The notes under the pieces are model-generated. The model was not told where the DNA came from. It searched no databases and saw only the letters and a list, made by a program, of their open reading frames with translations. From contig JAHFSZ010000003.1 of assembly GCA_023265515.1 (NCBI GenBank), positions 22,889 to 68,953 of the forward strand: a DNA stretch of 46,065 nt, read 5' to 3'. This stretch comes from Verrucomicrobiota bacterium. GTDB lineage: Bacteria > Verrucomicrobiota > Verrucomicrobiia > JABWAM01 > JAHFSZ01. Shown here piece by piece: positions 34,725-43,807 of this stretch. Positions within the stretch are counted from its first letter, which is position 1; each line of letters opens with the position of its first letter. The position numbers were made by a program, and so were the translations under genes.

Positions 34725-36182
34725 ATGAACACTCCGAACCCCGAATCCCAAGACGCCGCTGGCGTGGACCTTGTCCGGGTTGCCATCGTCGGCCGGCCGA
34801 ATGTCGGAAAGTCGGCCCTCTTTAACCGGATGGCGGGACGGCGGATCTCGATCGTCCACGACAAGCCGGGGGTGACGCGCGACCGAATCGCGGTCCAGGT
34901 GGAGCGGAACGGGCGGATTTACGAATTGATCGACACCGGTGGGATCGGCCTGCCCGAGGAGGGAGCTACGCATGGCATTCCGGAGGCCGTCCGGCTTCAG
35001 GCGGACCTCGGGATCGAAGTTGCCGACGTCGTTTTCTTCGTTGTCGACTCGCAGGAGGGACTGATGCCTCTGGACCGGGAAATTGCCGGTCAGCTCCGTC
35101 GTTTTTCCAAGCCGGTCTGGCTGATCGTCAACAAGATGGACCACGAGAAGCACGAGACGTTGGACGTGGAATTCACGGCGCTGGGCCTGGAGACCGAATT
35201 TCCCGTCTCCGCGGTCCACGGCCGCGGTATCGGTCCGCTCTGGGACCGGCTCGAGGAGGTGAGCGCGGGTGCAACGGCCGGACCGCGGTCCGAGCTTTCA
35301 AAACATGCGACCCGGCTCGCCGTGGTCGGCCGTCCGAACGTCGGCAAGTCGACGCTGATCAACCGCCTTCTCGGCGCCGAGCGCGTGATCGTCAGTGAGA
35401 CGCCGGGAACGACGCGCGACGCAGTGGACATTCCGATCCAGGCCGGAGGTCGCAGTTATGTTCTCATCGACACAGCCGGCATCCGCCATCAGCGCAGGCT
35501 GAGCAGTAGTGTCGAGGTTTTCAGTAAGATGCGCGCGGAACAAAGCGTTCAGCGATGCGACGTCGCGGTGATCGTCATCGACGCGCTCATGGGCATGACA
35601 CGGCAGGACAAGATGATCGGCGGCTTCATCCAGGAGGAGAAGAAGCCGTGTATGATTGTCGTCAACAAGTGGGACCTCAACGAGGAGAAGGTGGGCGGCC
35701 GGAAGCGCCGCACCATCAGCAAATCCGAATATGAAAAAAACCTGCGTATGGAGGCCCACTTTTTGGACTACGCGCCGATCCTGTTTACCAGTGCCCTCCA
35801 GGGATACCGGTCCGAGAATCTCTGGAGCTGGATTGGCAAGATCGACCGGTTCCGGCACAAACAGATCGCGACCGGGCCGCTGAACCGGATCTTTACGAGG
35901 GCCGCGGCCAAGCTGCCGGCTCCGATTCGCGGGGGGCGGCGGCTCAAAATTTACTACGTCATCCAAAAACCCGATGCGCCCGTGCCGACGTTTGTTCTCT
36001 TCATCAACGAGAAGAAGCTGATGGACGAATCATACGGGCGTTATCTGCGCAACAGCATCCGCCGGGAAGAGGAGTTCCTCGGCTGTCCGATTGTTTTCGA
36101 ACTTCGTGAAAAGAGCCGGGAGAAGAGGGGCCGTGAACGAAAACGTCCTGTGAAGGGTGAAGGGATCACCGATTACTTCTAA
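34725..36182 (+). CDS. der: Ribosome biogenesis GTPase Der (EngA)
   Basis: Two GTPase domains ([16 protein letters not shown]; [16 protein letters not shown]) and a KH-like C-terminus. Confidence 0.97.
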   Translation: MNTPNPESQDAAGVDLVRVAIVGRPNVGKSALFNRMAGRRISIVHDKPGVTRDRIAVQVERNGRIYELIDTGGIGLPEEGATHGIPEAVRLQADLGIEVADVVFFVVDSQEGLMPLDREIAGQLRRFSKPVWLIVNKMDHEKHETLDVEFTALGLETEFPVSAVHGRGIGPLWDRLEEVSAGATAGPRSELSKHATRLAVVGRPNVGKSTLINRLLGAERVIVSETPGTTRDAVDIPIQAGGRSYVLIDTAGIRHQRRLSSSVEVFSKMRAEQSVQRCDVAVIVIDALMGMTRQDKMIGGFIQEEKKPCMIVVNKWDLNEEKVGGRKRRTISKSEYEKNLRMEAHFLDYAPILFTSALQGYRSENLWSWIGKIDRFRHKQIATGPLNRIFTRAAAKLPAPIRGGRRLKIYYVIQKPDAPVPTFVLFINEKKLMDESYGRYLRNSIRREEEFLGCPIVFELREKSREKRGRERKRPVKGEGITDYF

Positions 36183-36194
36183 AAAGTGCGCTCG

Positions 36195-37139
36195 CTAAAA
36201 CGATCCATTGACGGAAAGCTGGACGTAAGGCGCCGGGTCGCTGGTCAGATGGAAATTGGCCCGGTAGAAATCATACCGACGGTAGATCATGTAGCCGCCC
36301 TCCAGGTTCAGGGCGATCGAGTCCATCACTTTGTACGCCAGGCCTGCGCCGGCGCGGACTTCGGTCAGGTTGAGAAGCGCGTTGTCGAGGTTGGAGCGGC
36401 CACGGGCACTGCCGAAAGAATTGCTGACCCGGGCGTTGATGCCCTTCACATCGATGCCCGTGTAGACCTGCAGGTTCTTGTCAATGGAGTAAATAATGCG
36501 TGGCTCGGGCGGCACGAGCATGAGCGTCCAGTCCTCGTCGAATTCCCAGCGGACGCCGACGCCGGGCAAGACCGGATATTCGCGGAAAAGATCGACGCTG
36601 ATGCCGGCGAACACTTGAAGGTCGTTGTCCACGAGCCAGGAGGCGCCGACGATGAATGGCACGTTGACATCGTTGAAACCGACGTCCTTGAGGTCGCTGT
36701 AGATGCCAGGCTTGGTTTCGAAGCGCAGGAGCCAGTCTTCGCTCAAGGTGGAATCAAAGCCGACGACCACAGCCGCAGATTGAAGCGTATTGGGCAGCGG
36801 GATCGTACCCGAGTGGTCAAATCCAAAGCGTTCCCAGGAGATGCCGAAGCGGGGGAGGAAGTTCTTGGAGACTTCCGGCGAAAGCACGTAGTCGATCGAC
36901 GAGTGAACCTCGGAAATGTTGCCAACACTCACGTGGTAGAGCCTTGTCTTGGCGGAATCGACGTAGCTGGCCTTTGCGTTGATTTCGTGAGTGACCTTGA
37001 TCTCCGGGTTGGTCACGAATCGGTCGATGTCGACCGGCAGTGTCTGTTCGACCACGGACTGGGCCGTGACAGCGGCGGCGCTGAGCAGCAGGGCGGCGGG
37101 GAGCAAAACGCGAAAGCGGAATGTTTGGCGGATCGTCAT
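36195..37139 (-). CDS. Outer-membrane beta-barrel protein (DUF6268-like)
   Basis: Signal peptide, alternating beta-strands, PGIYSD, PVLPGVG.RW...W.L...PP, C-terminal SVNGSF. Confidence 0.75.
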   Translation of the reverse strand: MTIRQTFRFRVLLPAALLLSAAAVTAQSVVEQTLPVDIDRFVTNPEIKVTHEINAKASYVDSAKTRLYHVSVGNISEVHSSIDYVLSPEVSKNFLPRFGISWERFGFDHSGTIPLPNTLQSAAVVVGFDSTLSEDWLLRFETKPGIYSDLKDVGFNDVNVPFIVGASWLVDNDLQVFAGISVDLFREYPVLPGVGVRWEFDEDWTLMLVPPEPRIIYSIDKNLQVYTGIDVKGINARVSNSFGSARGRSNLDNALLNLTEVRAGAGLAYKVMDSIALNLEGGYMIYRRYDFYRANFHLTSDPAPYVQLSVNGSF

Positions 37140-37148
37140 GCTGCGGCC

Positions 37149-38234
37149 CTAATGGAGGGAATCGGCTTGCGTGACGGAGGAGCCATGGGCCGCATCCGCC
37201 TGGAAGAAGCGAATGTTGTTTTTGATGTTTTTGATCATCAGCGACGCGGCGGCCATTTGCTCCACGCCCCGCAGGGAGGAGAAGGTCGGAGCCGAAACGA
37301 AGTCCGCGCGCCAGACGAGCGTGCCATTTTCCGAGCCCGCCTTCAGAGGCCAGAGCTCGTAGAGGGTGATCATGGTCAGGTAGGAATGGCTCGAATAGAG
37401 CTGGTAATCGGCCACCTGCCATCGGCTACCTTCCTGGCGGGTGTAGATGGCGCCGAGGCAGCAGGAGGCTTTCTTGTCCGAATTGAGGACTTGCCAGTAA
37501 TACGCGGCGGGCTGGACATGGGTTTTCTGCAGGACCGCCTCGCTCAGGAGAGTTTTAAAACGCGATTGTACGGCGTGATCCTGCGATAGAAGCGCGATGA
37601 TCTCGCCGTGAATGGGGATGCTCTGCTCCTCGAGATTGTAGGGAGGGAGCGCGGTGATCCCGCCACTGCGAAAAGCATCGTAGCGCTCTTGAAGCAGGGC
37701 CGACCAGAATTCTTCGGCGAGTTTACGAAATTCGGCGCTGTCCGGCTCGGCCTTGTCGACAGCCTGTTGACTGATCATTCTTCTTAAAAGGACTGCATCG
37801 GCGGTTGAAGATTGAAAGGGAAGCGTGTCGAAGACGCCTTTGCGGGTATCCTCGAGTAGACCGCGCATCGGTTCGTTAGGCGCGTCGAGGCGCAGGTCCT
37901 GGAATTTCGGTTCGCTTCCACTCTCGAATGTGTGGGAGTAGTAGATCTCAAGATCCTTGTGGACAGTCGGATTCCAGTTGGCCAGCAAGCGAACGGTCTC
38001 ATCGGGCGGCTTGCGCACGACGTAACAGGTCTGGACGTTGATGCCACGGTCGAAATTGGGCGAGGAACCGCGCTCCGAAAGAATGCCCCCTTCCACCAGC
38101 TCCGAAACATTGATGCTCTTGAAGGCGCTGAAGGAGGCGATTTCCTTTACGGGATCCGCTGCGAACGAAGTGCGCGGACAGAGCAGAAGCGCGGCTAAAA
38201 AGATGGAATGCGAGGGGCGCATCGCGGATGCCAT
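37149..38234 (-). CDS. Hypothetical exported protein
   Basis: Signal peptide M(ASAM)RPSHSIFLAALLLCPRTSFA; 9 bp upstream of the barrel gene. The ORF-track extension to 39017 runs antisense over tRNA-Phe and is rejected. Confidence 0.7.
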   Translation of the reverse strand: MASAMRPSHSIFLAALLLCPRTSFAADPVKEIASFSAFKSINVSELVEGGILSERGSSPNFDRGINVQTCYVVRKPPDETVRLLANWNPTVHKDLEIYYSHTFESGSEPKFQDLRLDAPNEPMRGLLEDTRKGVFDTLPFQSSTADAVLLRRMISQQAVDKAEPDSAEFRKLAEEFWSALLQERYDAFRSGGITALPPYNLEEQSIPIHGEIIALLSQDHAVQSRFKTLLSEAVLQKTHVQPAAYYWQVLNSDKKASCCLGAIYTRQEGSRWQVADYQLYSSHSYLTMITLYELWPLKAGSENGTLVWRADFVSAPTFSSLRGVEQMAAASLMIKNIKNNIRFFQADAAHGSSVTQADSLH

Positions 38235-38398
38235 AGATTGCCAAAAGGCACGGCCATAACAAGTTGATTTTGAGCAACATCGATGGGCTTTGTATGGCTT
38301 TTTGGACGCCGTGCGTGGCGCAGGGGTTATCGATTCAATCCTTTTTCCCATCAGAAAGCGGCGAACAATTTGTGATCGGGAGGTTTTCATGTTTTTCT

Positions 38399-38427
38399 TT
38401 GACTTTATCGTCATGGGTTTCCATCTT
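38399..38427 (+). promoter_or_regulatory. Putative sigma70 promoter of tRNA-Phe
   Basis: TTGACT-N17-CATCTT, about 65 nt upstream of the tRNA. Confidence 0.45.
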
Positions 38428-38492
38428 TTCCCCCTTCTTGCGAAGCGATCGAGGCCAGGTGTCAGGAAGAGATCACCCTGGGGCCGGATTTT

Positions 38493-38567
38493 GGCTGGGT
38501 AGCTCAGTAGTAGAGCAGGGCCCTGAAAAGGCCTGTGTCGGGGGTGCGATTCCCTCCCCAGCCACCA
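38493..38567 (+). tRNA. tRNA-Phe (anticodon GAA) with non-canonical D/T-loop bases
   Basis: Acceptor GGCTGGG/CCCAGCC, anticodon arm GGGCC-CT GAA AA-GGCCT, T-arm GGGGG-TGCGATT-CCCTC, encoded CCA. Confidence 0.92.
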
Positions 38568-38569
38568 TT

Positions 38570-39211
38570 TTATCTGCTGAGAGTCTCCGGATCGGCGGAC
38601 TTGGCGGATGCGGCGGGCGGTTCGGCTTCTGTCGCGGGCGAGGAGGAGCCACTGCTGGCGTCGGATCCAAGCAGGGCGGCCACTCGTTTCTGGATGGCGG
38701 CAATCTGGTCGAGCTTCAGGTGGGGGTCCTCGATGGTGAAGGTTTCGCCCGTTTTGGCATGTTCGTAAATGAGGATATTGCTCTGGCCGCGCCCTTGGCG
38801 AGGCTCGCTCGACTCGTCGTCGGTGGTCGGAGCAGGGCGGACGGTTTCGCGATGCTTGAAGAGGCGCTTGCGCTCGAGCATGACCGCGAGGATGTAACGG
38901 ACCTCTTTTTCCTCCGGGAGGTTTTTTTCGAGCATGGCGCGCAGAAGGCTTTCGGCATCCTCCTTCTTCAATGGCTCGGGAGATGGAGGCGCTGGCGGCA
39001 CATACGGATGCTCCCAAAAGGAAACAACCCCAGCCTTGTCGCGGGTTTGCTCGCCGCCTGCCGCCTGCCAGGCCGCCTTGCAGATGTCTTCGCGGCGGAA
39101 GCCTTCAGGGCCCATCGAGAGGATCGTGTAGACGGGTTCATCCTTTTCAAACGGCTTCTGGGTGCGGGCGCATTGATGGCCCGGGCTCTGGATGTTCCAT
39201 TCTTCGATCAT
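38570..39211 (-). CDS. Conserved hypothetical protein (PVC-type)
   Basis: Protein-like sequence WNIQS..HQC..T.KPF..., REDIC..AW, SFW, YILAVMLERKR; ends 2 bp from the tRNA-Phe CCA. Confidence 0.75.
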   Translation of the reverse strand: MIEEWNIQSPGHQCARTQKPFEKDEPVYTILSMGPEGFRREDICKAAWQAAGGEQTRDKAGVVSFWEHPYVPPAPPSPEPLKKEDAESLLRAMLEKNLPEEKEVRYILAVMLERKRLFKHRETVRPAPTTDDESSEPRQGRGQSNILIYEHAKTGETFTIEDPHLKLDQIAAIQKRVAALLGSDASSGSSSPATEAEPPAASAKSADPETLSR

Positions 39212-39266
39212 GCTCGATATCGCGAAGTATGTGGTGGGTGGACCCGCACTTGTCGAGTGTGAACTC

Positions 39267-39296
39267 TTGCCTGAAGTGAGTTTTAGAGACTAAAGT
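39267..39296 (+). promoter_or_regulatory. Putative promoter giving a leaderless mRNA
   Basis: TTGCCT-N18-TAAAGT ends 5 nt before ATG 39302; no convincing SD. Confidence 0.4.
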
Positions 39297-39301
39297 AGGT
39301 C

Positions 39302-40714
39302 ATGCACGAAATCAGTCCCGTTTGGTTTACCCCATTCGTCGCGTTGTTGCTCTGCATCGCGCTGATGCCGTTCATCCATCTGCATTGGTGGGAGAAGCAC
39401 TATTCAAAGGTGTCCGTGGGACTTGGCCTGCTCACATTCGGGTATTACGCCCTCTGGGTGAAAAACTACGAGCGGATCGAGCACACCGCAACCGAATATG
39501 TCGGTTTCATCGCCCTGGTCGGCTCGCTATTCGTCGTGGCGGGTGGTATCATCATTCGCGTTCAAGGCCAGGCCCGGCCGATTGAGAATGTTTTATTCCT
39601 GGCAGTGGGCGCCGTGATCGCCAATGTGATCGGAACGGCGGGCGCGTCGATCCTCCTGATCCGCCCCTTCCTTCGGATGAACAAATACCGGATTACGGCG
39701 TTTCACATCGTTTTTTTTATTTTCATCGTCAGCAACGTCGCCGGCTGCTTGACCCCCATCGGTGATCCGCCGCTTTTTCTCGGTTACCTCAAGGGAATAC
39801 CTTTTTTCTGGGTCGCTGAGCACCTCTGGCTCATCTGGCTGGTGGGGGTTGGCTGGCTCCTGGCCCTGTTCTTCGGATTCGACATTTTAAATTTCGGGCA
39901 GGCCCCCAAGACAATTCGCGATCACGAGACGCCAACGCGCCGCTGGCAAATCGAAGGGCTCCGGAATTTTGCCTTCATCGCGGTGATCCTGGTCGCCGTG
40001 TTCATCACCAAGCCCCCGTTTCTGCGCGAAGCAATCATGGTGGCGGCCGGTGCGGCCGGCTATTTCCTCACCAAAAAGGTCTTGCCGCATGTTCATCAGG
40101 ACAACCAGTTCAACTTTGCCCCGCTCAAGGAGGTTGCCTGGCTCTTCGTGGGGATCTTTGCCACCATGATGCCGGTGCTCGACTGGCTGGAGCACCATTC
40201 CTCGCAGCTTGGCATTTCGAGCGCCGGCTCCTTTTATTGGGGGGCAGGCGGGCTTTCGAGCGTTCTCGACAACGCCCCGACGTACCTGAACTTTCTCAGC
40301 GCCAGCGTCGGCCTCTTCGTTGACCCACACCACGTGCAGTTCATCCAGCAGTGGGTCCAGGACGGGATGAAAGCATCGCTCGAAGGTCAGCCTGACGCGG
40401 TGGTCAACACGATCAATGCGCTGAAGCAATATCATCTGGATATGCTGGAAATAGGGCGCGTGCCTCTTTCCGACATCCAGGTCTGCTACCTGATCGGCAA
40501 CCATCAGTTCAACAAGTACATCGTTGCAGTCAGCACGGGAGCGGTCTTTTTTGGATCGATGACTTATATCGGCAATGCACCCAACTTCATGGTCAAGAGC
40601 ATCGCCCAGCATCACAAAGTCCAAGTGCCGAGTTTTTTTGGTTACGTGTTCAAGTACTCGCTGCCGATTGTCCTGCCGATGCTCGTCCTCGTTTGGTACG
40701 TCTTCTTCCGCTAG
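39302..40714 (+). CDS. Putative Na+/H+ antiporter / ion-transporter-superfamily membrane protein
   Basis: About 11-12 TMs; IGTAGASILLIRP, SNVAGCLTPIGDPPLFLGYLKG, SSVLDNAPTY, TYIGNAPNFMVK. Confidence 0.85.
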   Translation: MHEISPVWFTPFVALLLCIALMPFIHLHWWEKHYSKVSVGLGLLTFGYYALWVKNYERIEHTATEYVGFIALVGSLFVVAGGIIIRVQGQARPIENVLFLAVGAVIANVIGTAGASILLIRPFLRMNKYRITAFHIVFFIFIVSNVAGCLTPIGDPPLFLGYLKGIPFFWVAEHLWLIWLVGVGWLLALFFGFDILNFGQAPKTIRDHETPTRRWQIEGLRNFAFIAVILVAVFITKPPFLREAIMVAAGAAGYFLTKKVLPHVHQDNQFNFAPLKEVAWLFVGIFATMMPVLDWLEHHSSQLGISSAGSFYWGAGGLSSVLDNAPTYLNFLSASVGLFVDPHHVQFIQQWVQDGMKASLEGQPDAVVNTINALKQYHLDMLEIGRVPLSDIQVCYLIGNHQFNKYIVAVSTGAVFFGSMTYIGNAPNFMVKSIAQHHKVQVPSFFGYVFKYSLPIVLPMLVLVWYVFFR

Positions 40715-40777
40715 AGGGATCGGGCGATTTCGCTTCACGGAGGCCCCTTGTTCAGGGTAGGCTTGGCGGTTAAATTT

Positions 40778-43711
40778 ATGCCGGAATCCTGGATCACGAT
40801 CCGCAACGCGCGGGAGCATAACCTCAAGGGGATCTCCCTGAAACTGCCGCGGGAGAAGCTCATCGTCATCACAGGGCGCAGCGGGTCGGGCAAGTCGAGC
40901 CTTGCCTTCGATACGATCTTTGCCGAGGGCCAGCGCAAATATGTCGAGAGCCTCTCCGCGTATGCCCGGCAGTTCCTCGACCAGATGCAGAAGCCTGAGG
41001 TGGATTACATCGACGGCTTGTCTCCCGCCATCGCGATCGAGCAGAGGACTTCCGCCTTCAACCCGCGCTCGACGATCGCGACGACCACCGAAATTTACGA
41101 CTACCTGCGCCTGCTCTTTGCCCACGTCGGCCAGGTCCATTGCCCGGAAACGGGCAGGACGATGAGCAGCCAGACGGTCCAGGAAATCGTCGACAGGATT
41201 CTGGAACACCCGACCGGCACGCCGCTGATCGTGCTCGCGCCGGTGGTGCGGCGCGCCAAGGGCGAGTTCCGGGACGTCTTCGAGAAGATTCGCAGGCAGG
41301 GATTCGTCCGCGTCCGGGTCGACGGCGAGTATTGCGAGGTCGACCAGCCCCAGCCGGTGAAGCTCGAGAAAAATAAATTTCATTCCATCGATGTGGTGGT
41401 TGACCGCCTGCTGATCGACCGCCGTTACAAGACCCGGCTGTCCGAATCCGTTGAGACGGCGCTCAAGTGGGGGGGTGAAATGTTTTATGCGATGACGCAG
41501 AAGCCGGGCAGGGAGACTGGAGCGCGGGAGATCGTCTCCAGGGACTGGACAGAGAAGACCTACAGCACGCTCAATTATTGCCCCGAGAGCGGCATCAGCC
41601 TCGAGAAGTTCACGCCGCGGCACTTTTCCTTCAACAGTCCGGAAGGCGCGTGTCCACGGTGCCACGGCATCGGCCAGCAGATGGACTTCGATCCGGAGCT
41701 GGTTGTGGCGCATCCGGAAAAGTCGATCAGTCAGGGTGCCATTACCGCATGGCGCCATGGCGGTCGAATGATGATTATCCACTACAAGACGATGCTCAAG
41801 CAGGTTTGCACGCATTATGGCATTGACCTGGATGCGCCATGGGAAAAAATTCCGGAGGCACTGCGGCAGAAGATTCTCTTGGGGTCCGGCGGCGAGGAAA
41901 TCACGTTTCATTTCTTTCGCAAAGGAAAGCCGCAGGCCGTGACCAGGGCGTTCGAGGGCGTCATCCCCCAACTCGCCCGATTGCAGGTCGAGACGGCGAG
42001 CGAGTTCACGCGGAAGCGGCTGCAGCGCTATCAAACCTTCCATCCCTGCCAGGTGTGCAACGGTGCCCGGCTGAAAAAGGCGAGCCTCGCCGTCACCATC
42101 GAAGATCGAAACATCATTGATGTGACGAGAATGTCGGTTCGGGAAGCCCACGCGTTCTTTTCGGCGCTGAAGCTGGACGATTTTCAACGGAAGGTGGCCG
42201 CCGAGATCATCAAGGAGATCCTGCAGAGGCTTTCGTTCCTGATCGATGTCGGACTCGATTACCTGACGCTTGATCGCGAGAACGGGACGCTTTCCGGTGG
42301 TGAGGCGCAGAGGATCAAACTGGCGACACAAATTGGGTCGAAGCTGGCGGGCGTGATCTACGTGCTGGACGAGCCAAGCATCGGCCTGCATCAGCGCGAC
42401 AACCAGCGGCTGATTCATACGCTCCGGCAGATGCGCGATCTGGGCAACACGGTGATCGTGGTCGAGCACGACGAGGAGACGATGCGCGCGGCAGACTGGT
42501 TGGTGGACCTGGGACCGGGCGCAGGCATCCATGGCGGCGAAGTGGTCGCCCAGGGCGTGCCGGAGGAATTTCTGAAGTCCCCGAAGTCGCTCACGGCCCA
42601 GTACCTTCGCGGGGAAATTGGCATTCCCGTCCCGAGGCAGCGCCGCCGGCCGGAGGAGTCGCTTGAAGTCACTGGGGCGCGGGAAAACAATTTGAAAAAT
42701 CTGACGGCGCGCTTTCCGTTGGGATTGCTCACATGCGTCACCGGAGTTTCGGGCTCGGGGAAGAGCACGCTGGTTGACGATATTCTGCGGCGGGCTCTTC
42801 AGCGCAAATTGCACGGCTCCAAGGACCGTCCCGGAAAGCACGACCGGATCGAGGGGATGAATTTCGTCGACAAGGTCATCATCATCGACCAATCGCCGAT
42901 CGGCCGGACACCGCGCTCCAACCCAGCCACCTATCTCGGCGTGTTCGCGCAGATCCGGGACCTTTTCGCCCGTCTCCCGGCATCGAAGGTGCGCGGCTAT
43001 GGATCCGGGCGGTTCAGTTTCAATGTCAAAGGCGGTCGTTGTGAAAAGTGCATGGGCGATGGCCTGATCAAGATCGAGATGCATTTTCTGCCGGACGTTT
43101 ATGTCACTTGCGGCGCCTGCGGAGGCAGGCGCTACAACCGTGAGACTCTGGAAATCACCTACAAGGGAAAAAACATTTCCGACGTGCTCGAGATGACCGT
43201 GGAGCAAGCGGCCGATTTCTTCCGGGGGTTGCCGAAGATTCACCACGACCTGGACACGCTCCACGAAGTCGGGCTTGGCTACATTCGGCTTGGCCAGCAG
43301 GCGACGACGCTGTCGGGGGGTGAGGCCCAGCGCGTGAAGCTCGCGGCGGAGCTCGCCCGCAGGGCAACCGGAAGAACAGTCTACATTTTTGACGAGCCCA
43401 CGATCGGCCTGCATGTGGCGGACATCGAGAAACTCATGGAGGTGATGTACAAACTGCGCGACGGGGGAAACACACTGATTGTCATCGAGCACAACATGGA
43501 AGTCATCAAATGCGCCGACTGGGTTCTCGATCTGGGGCCCGAAGGCGGACAGGCCGGCGGCCGGGTGATTGCCGAGGGAACACCCGAACAGATCGCGGCG
43601 TCCGAAAAATCATACACGGGGCGATTTCTGGCAAAAGTTCTTAGGCCAAAGGCGATCCAGAAGATCGATCCAACATCCGAGAAGGGTTTGGTCTATGCAG
43701 CTGAAAAGTGA
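40778..43711 (+). CDS. uvrA: Excinuclease ABC subunit A
   Basis: AREHNLK, TGRSGSGKSSLAFDTI, FSFNS..GAC..C, TLSGGEAQRIKLA, second ABC domain TGVSGSGKS..LSGGEAQRVKLA. Confidence 0.98.
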   Translation: MPESWITIRNAREHNLKGISLKLPREKLIVITGRSGSGKSSLAFDTIFAEGQRKYVESLSAYARQFLDQMQKPEVDYIDGLSPAIAIEQRTSAFNPRSTIATTTEIYDYLRLLFAHVGQVHCPETGRTMSSQTVQEIVDRILEHPTGTPLIVLAPVVRRAKGEFRDVFEKIRRQGFVRVRVDGEYCEVDQPQPVKLEKNKFHSIDVVVDRLLIDRRYKTRLSESVETALKWGGEMFYAMTQKPGRETGAREIVSRDWTEKTYSTLNYCPESGISLEKFTPRHFSFNSPEGACPRCHGIGQQMDFDPELVVAHPEKSISQGAITAWRHGGRMMIIHYKTMLKQVCTHYGIDLDAPWEKIPEALRQKILLGSGGEEITFHFFRKGKPQAVTRAFEGVIPQLARLQVETASEFTRKRLQRYQTFHPCQVCNGARLKKASLAVTIEDRNIIDVTRMSVREAHAFFSALKLDDFQRKVAAEIIKEILQRLSFLIDVGLDYLTLDRENGTLSGGEAQRIKLATQIGSKLAGVIYVLDEPSIGLHQRDNQRLIHTLRQMRDLGNTVIVVEHDEETMRAADWLVDLGPGAGIHGGEVVAQGVPEEFLKSPKSLTAQYLRGEIGIPVPRQRRRPEESLEVTGARENNLKNLTARFPLGLLTCVTGVSGSGKSTLVDDILRRALQRKLHGSKDRPGKHDRIEGMNFVDKVIIIDQSPIGRTPRSNPATYLGVFAQIRDLFARLPASKVRGYGSGRFSFNVKGGRCEKCMGDGLIKIEMHFLPDVYVTCGACGGRRYNRETLEITYKGKNISDVLEMTVEQAADFFRGLPKIHHDLDTLHEVGLGYIRLGQQATTLSGGEAQRVKLAAELARRATGRTVYIFDEPTIGLHVADIEKLMEVMYKLRDGGNTLIVIEHNMEVIKCADWVLDLGPEGGQAGGRVIAEGTPEQIAASEKSYTGRFLAKVLRPKAIQKIDPTSEKGLVYAAEK

Positions 43712-43719
43712 AATCGCCC

Positions 43720-43803
43720 CGTGGTTTACGGTGAACCGTGTACCGTTTACCGTTGCGTCCAGTTTTGAGAATGCGGTAAACGGTACACCGTACACGGTAC
43801 ACG
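43720..43803. repeat. Heptamer-periodic palindromic element, copy 2 (inverted relative to 11460-11551)
   Basis: CGGTGAA CCGTGTA CCGTTTA CCG ... CGGTAAA CGGTACA CCGTACA CGGTACA CG; fills the uvrA-TPR gap. Confidence 0.9.
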
Positions 43804-43807
43804 CCCG

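Noticed and set aside
38235-39017. N-terminal extension of the 622-aa ORF 37149-39017
   Set aside because: Crosses tRNA-Phe antisense and overlaps 38570-39211; a signal peptide begins at 38234/38222.
40749-40762. Verrucomicrobial LexA box (TGTTC-N4-GAACA) before uvrA
   Set aside because: Only the TGTTC half-site is present; the second half reads TAGGC.
39887-43492. 1201-aa minus-strand ORF
   Set aside because: Antisense shadow of uvrA and the antiporter, caused by GC-biased codon usage; no recognisable motifs.
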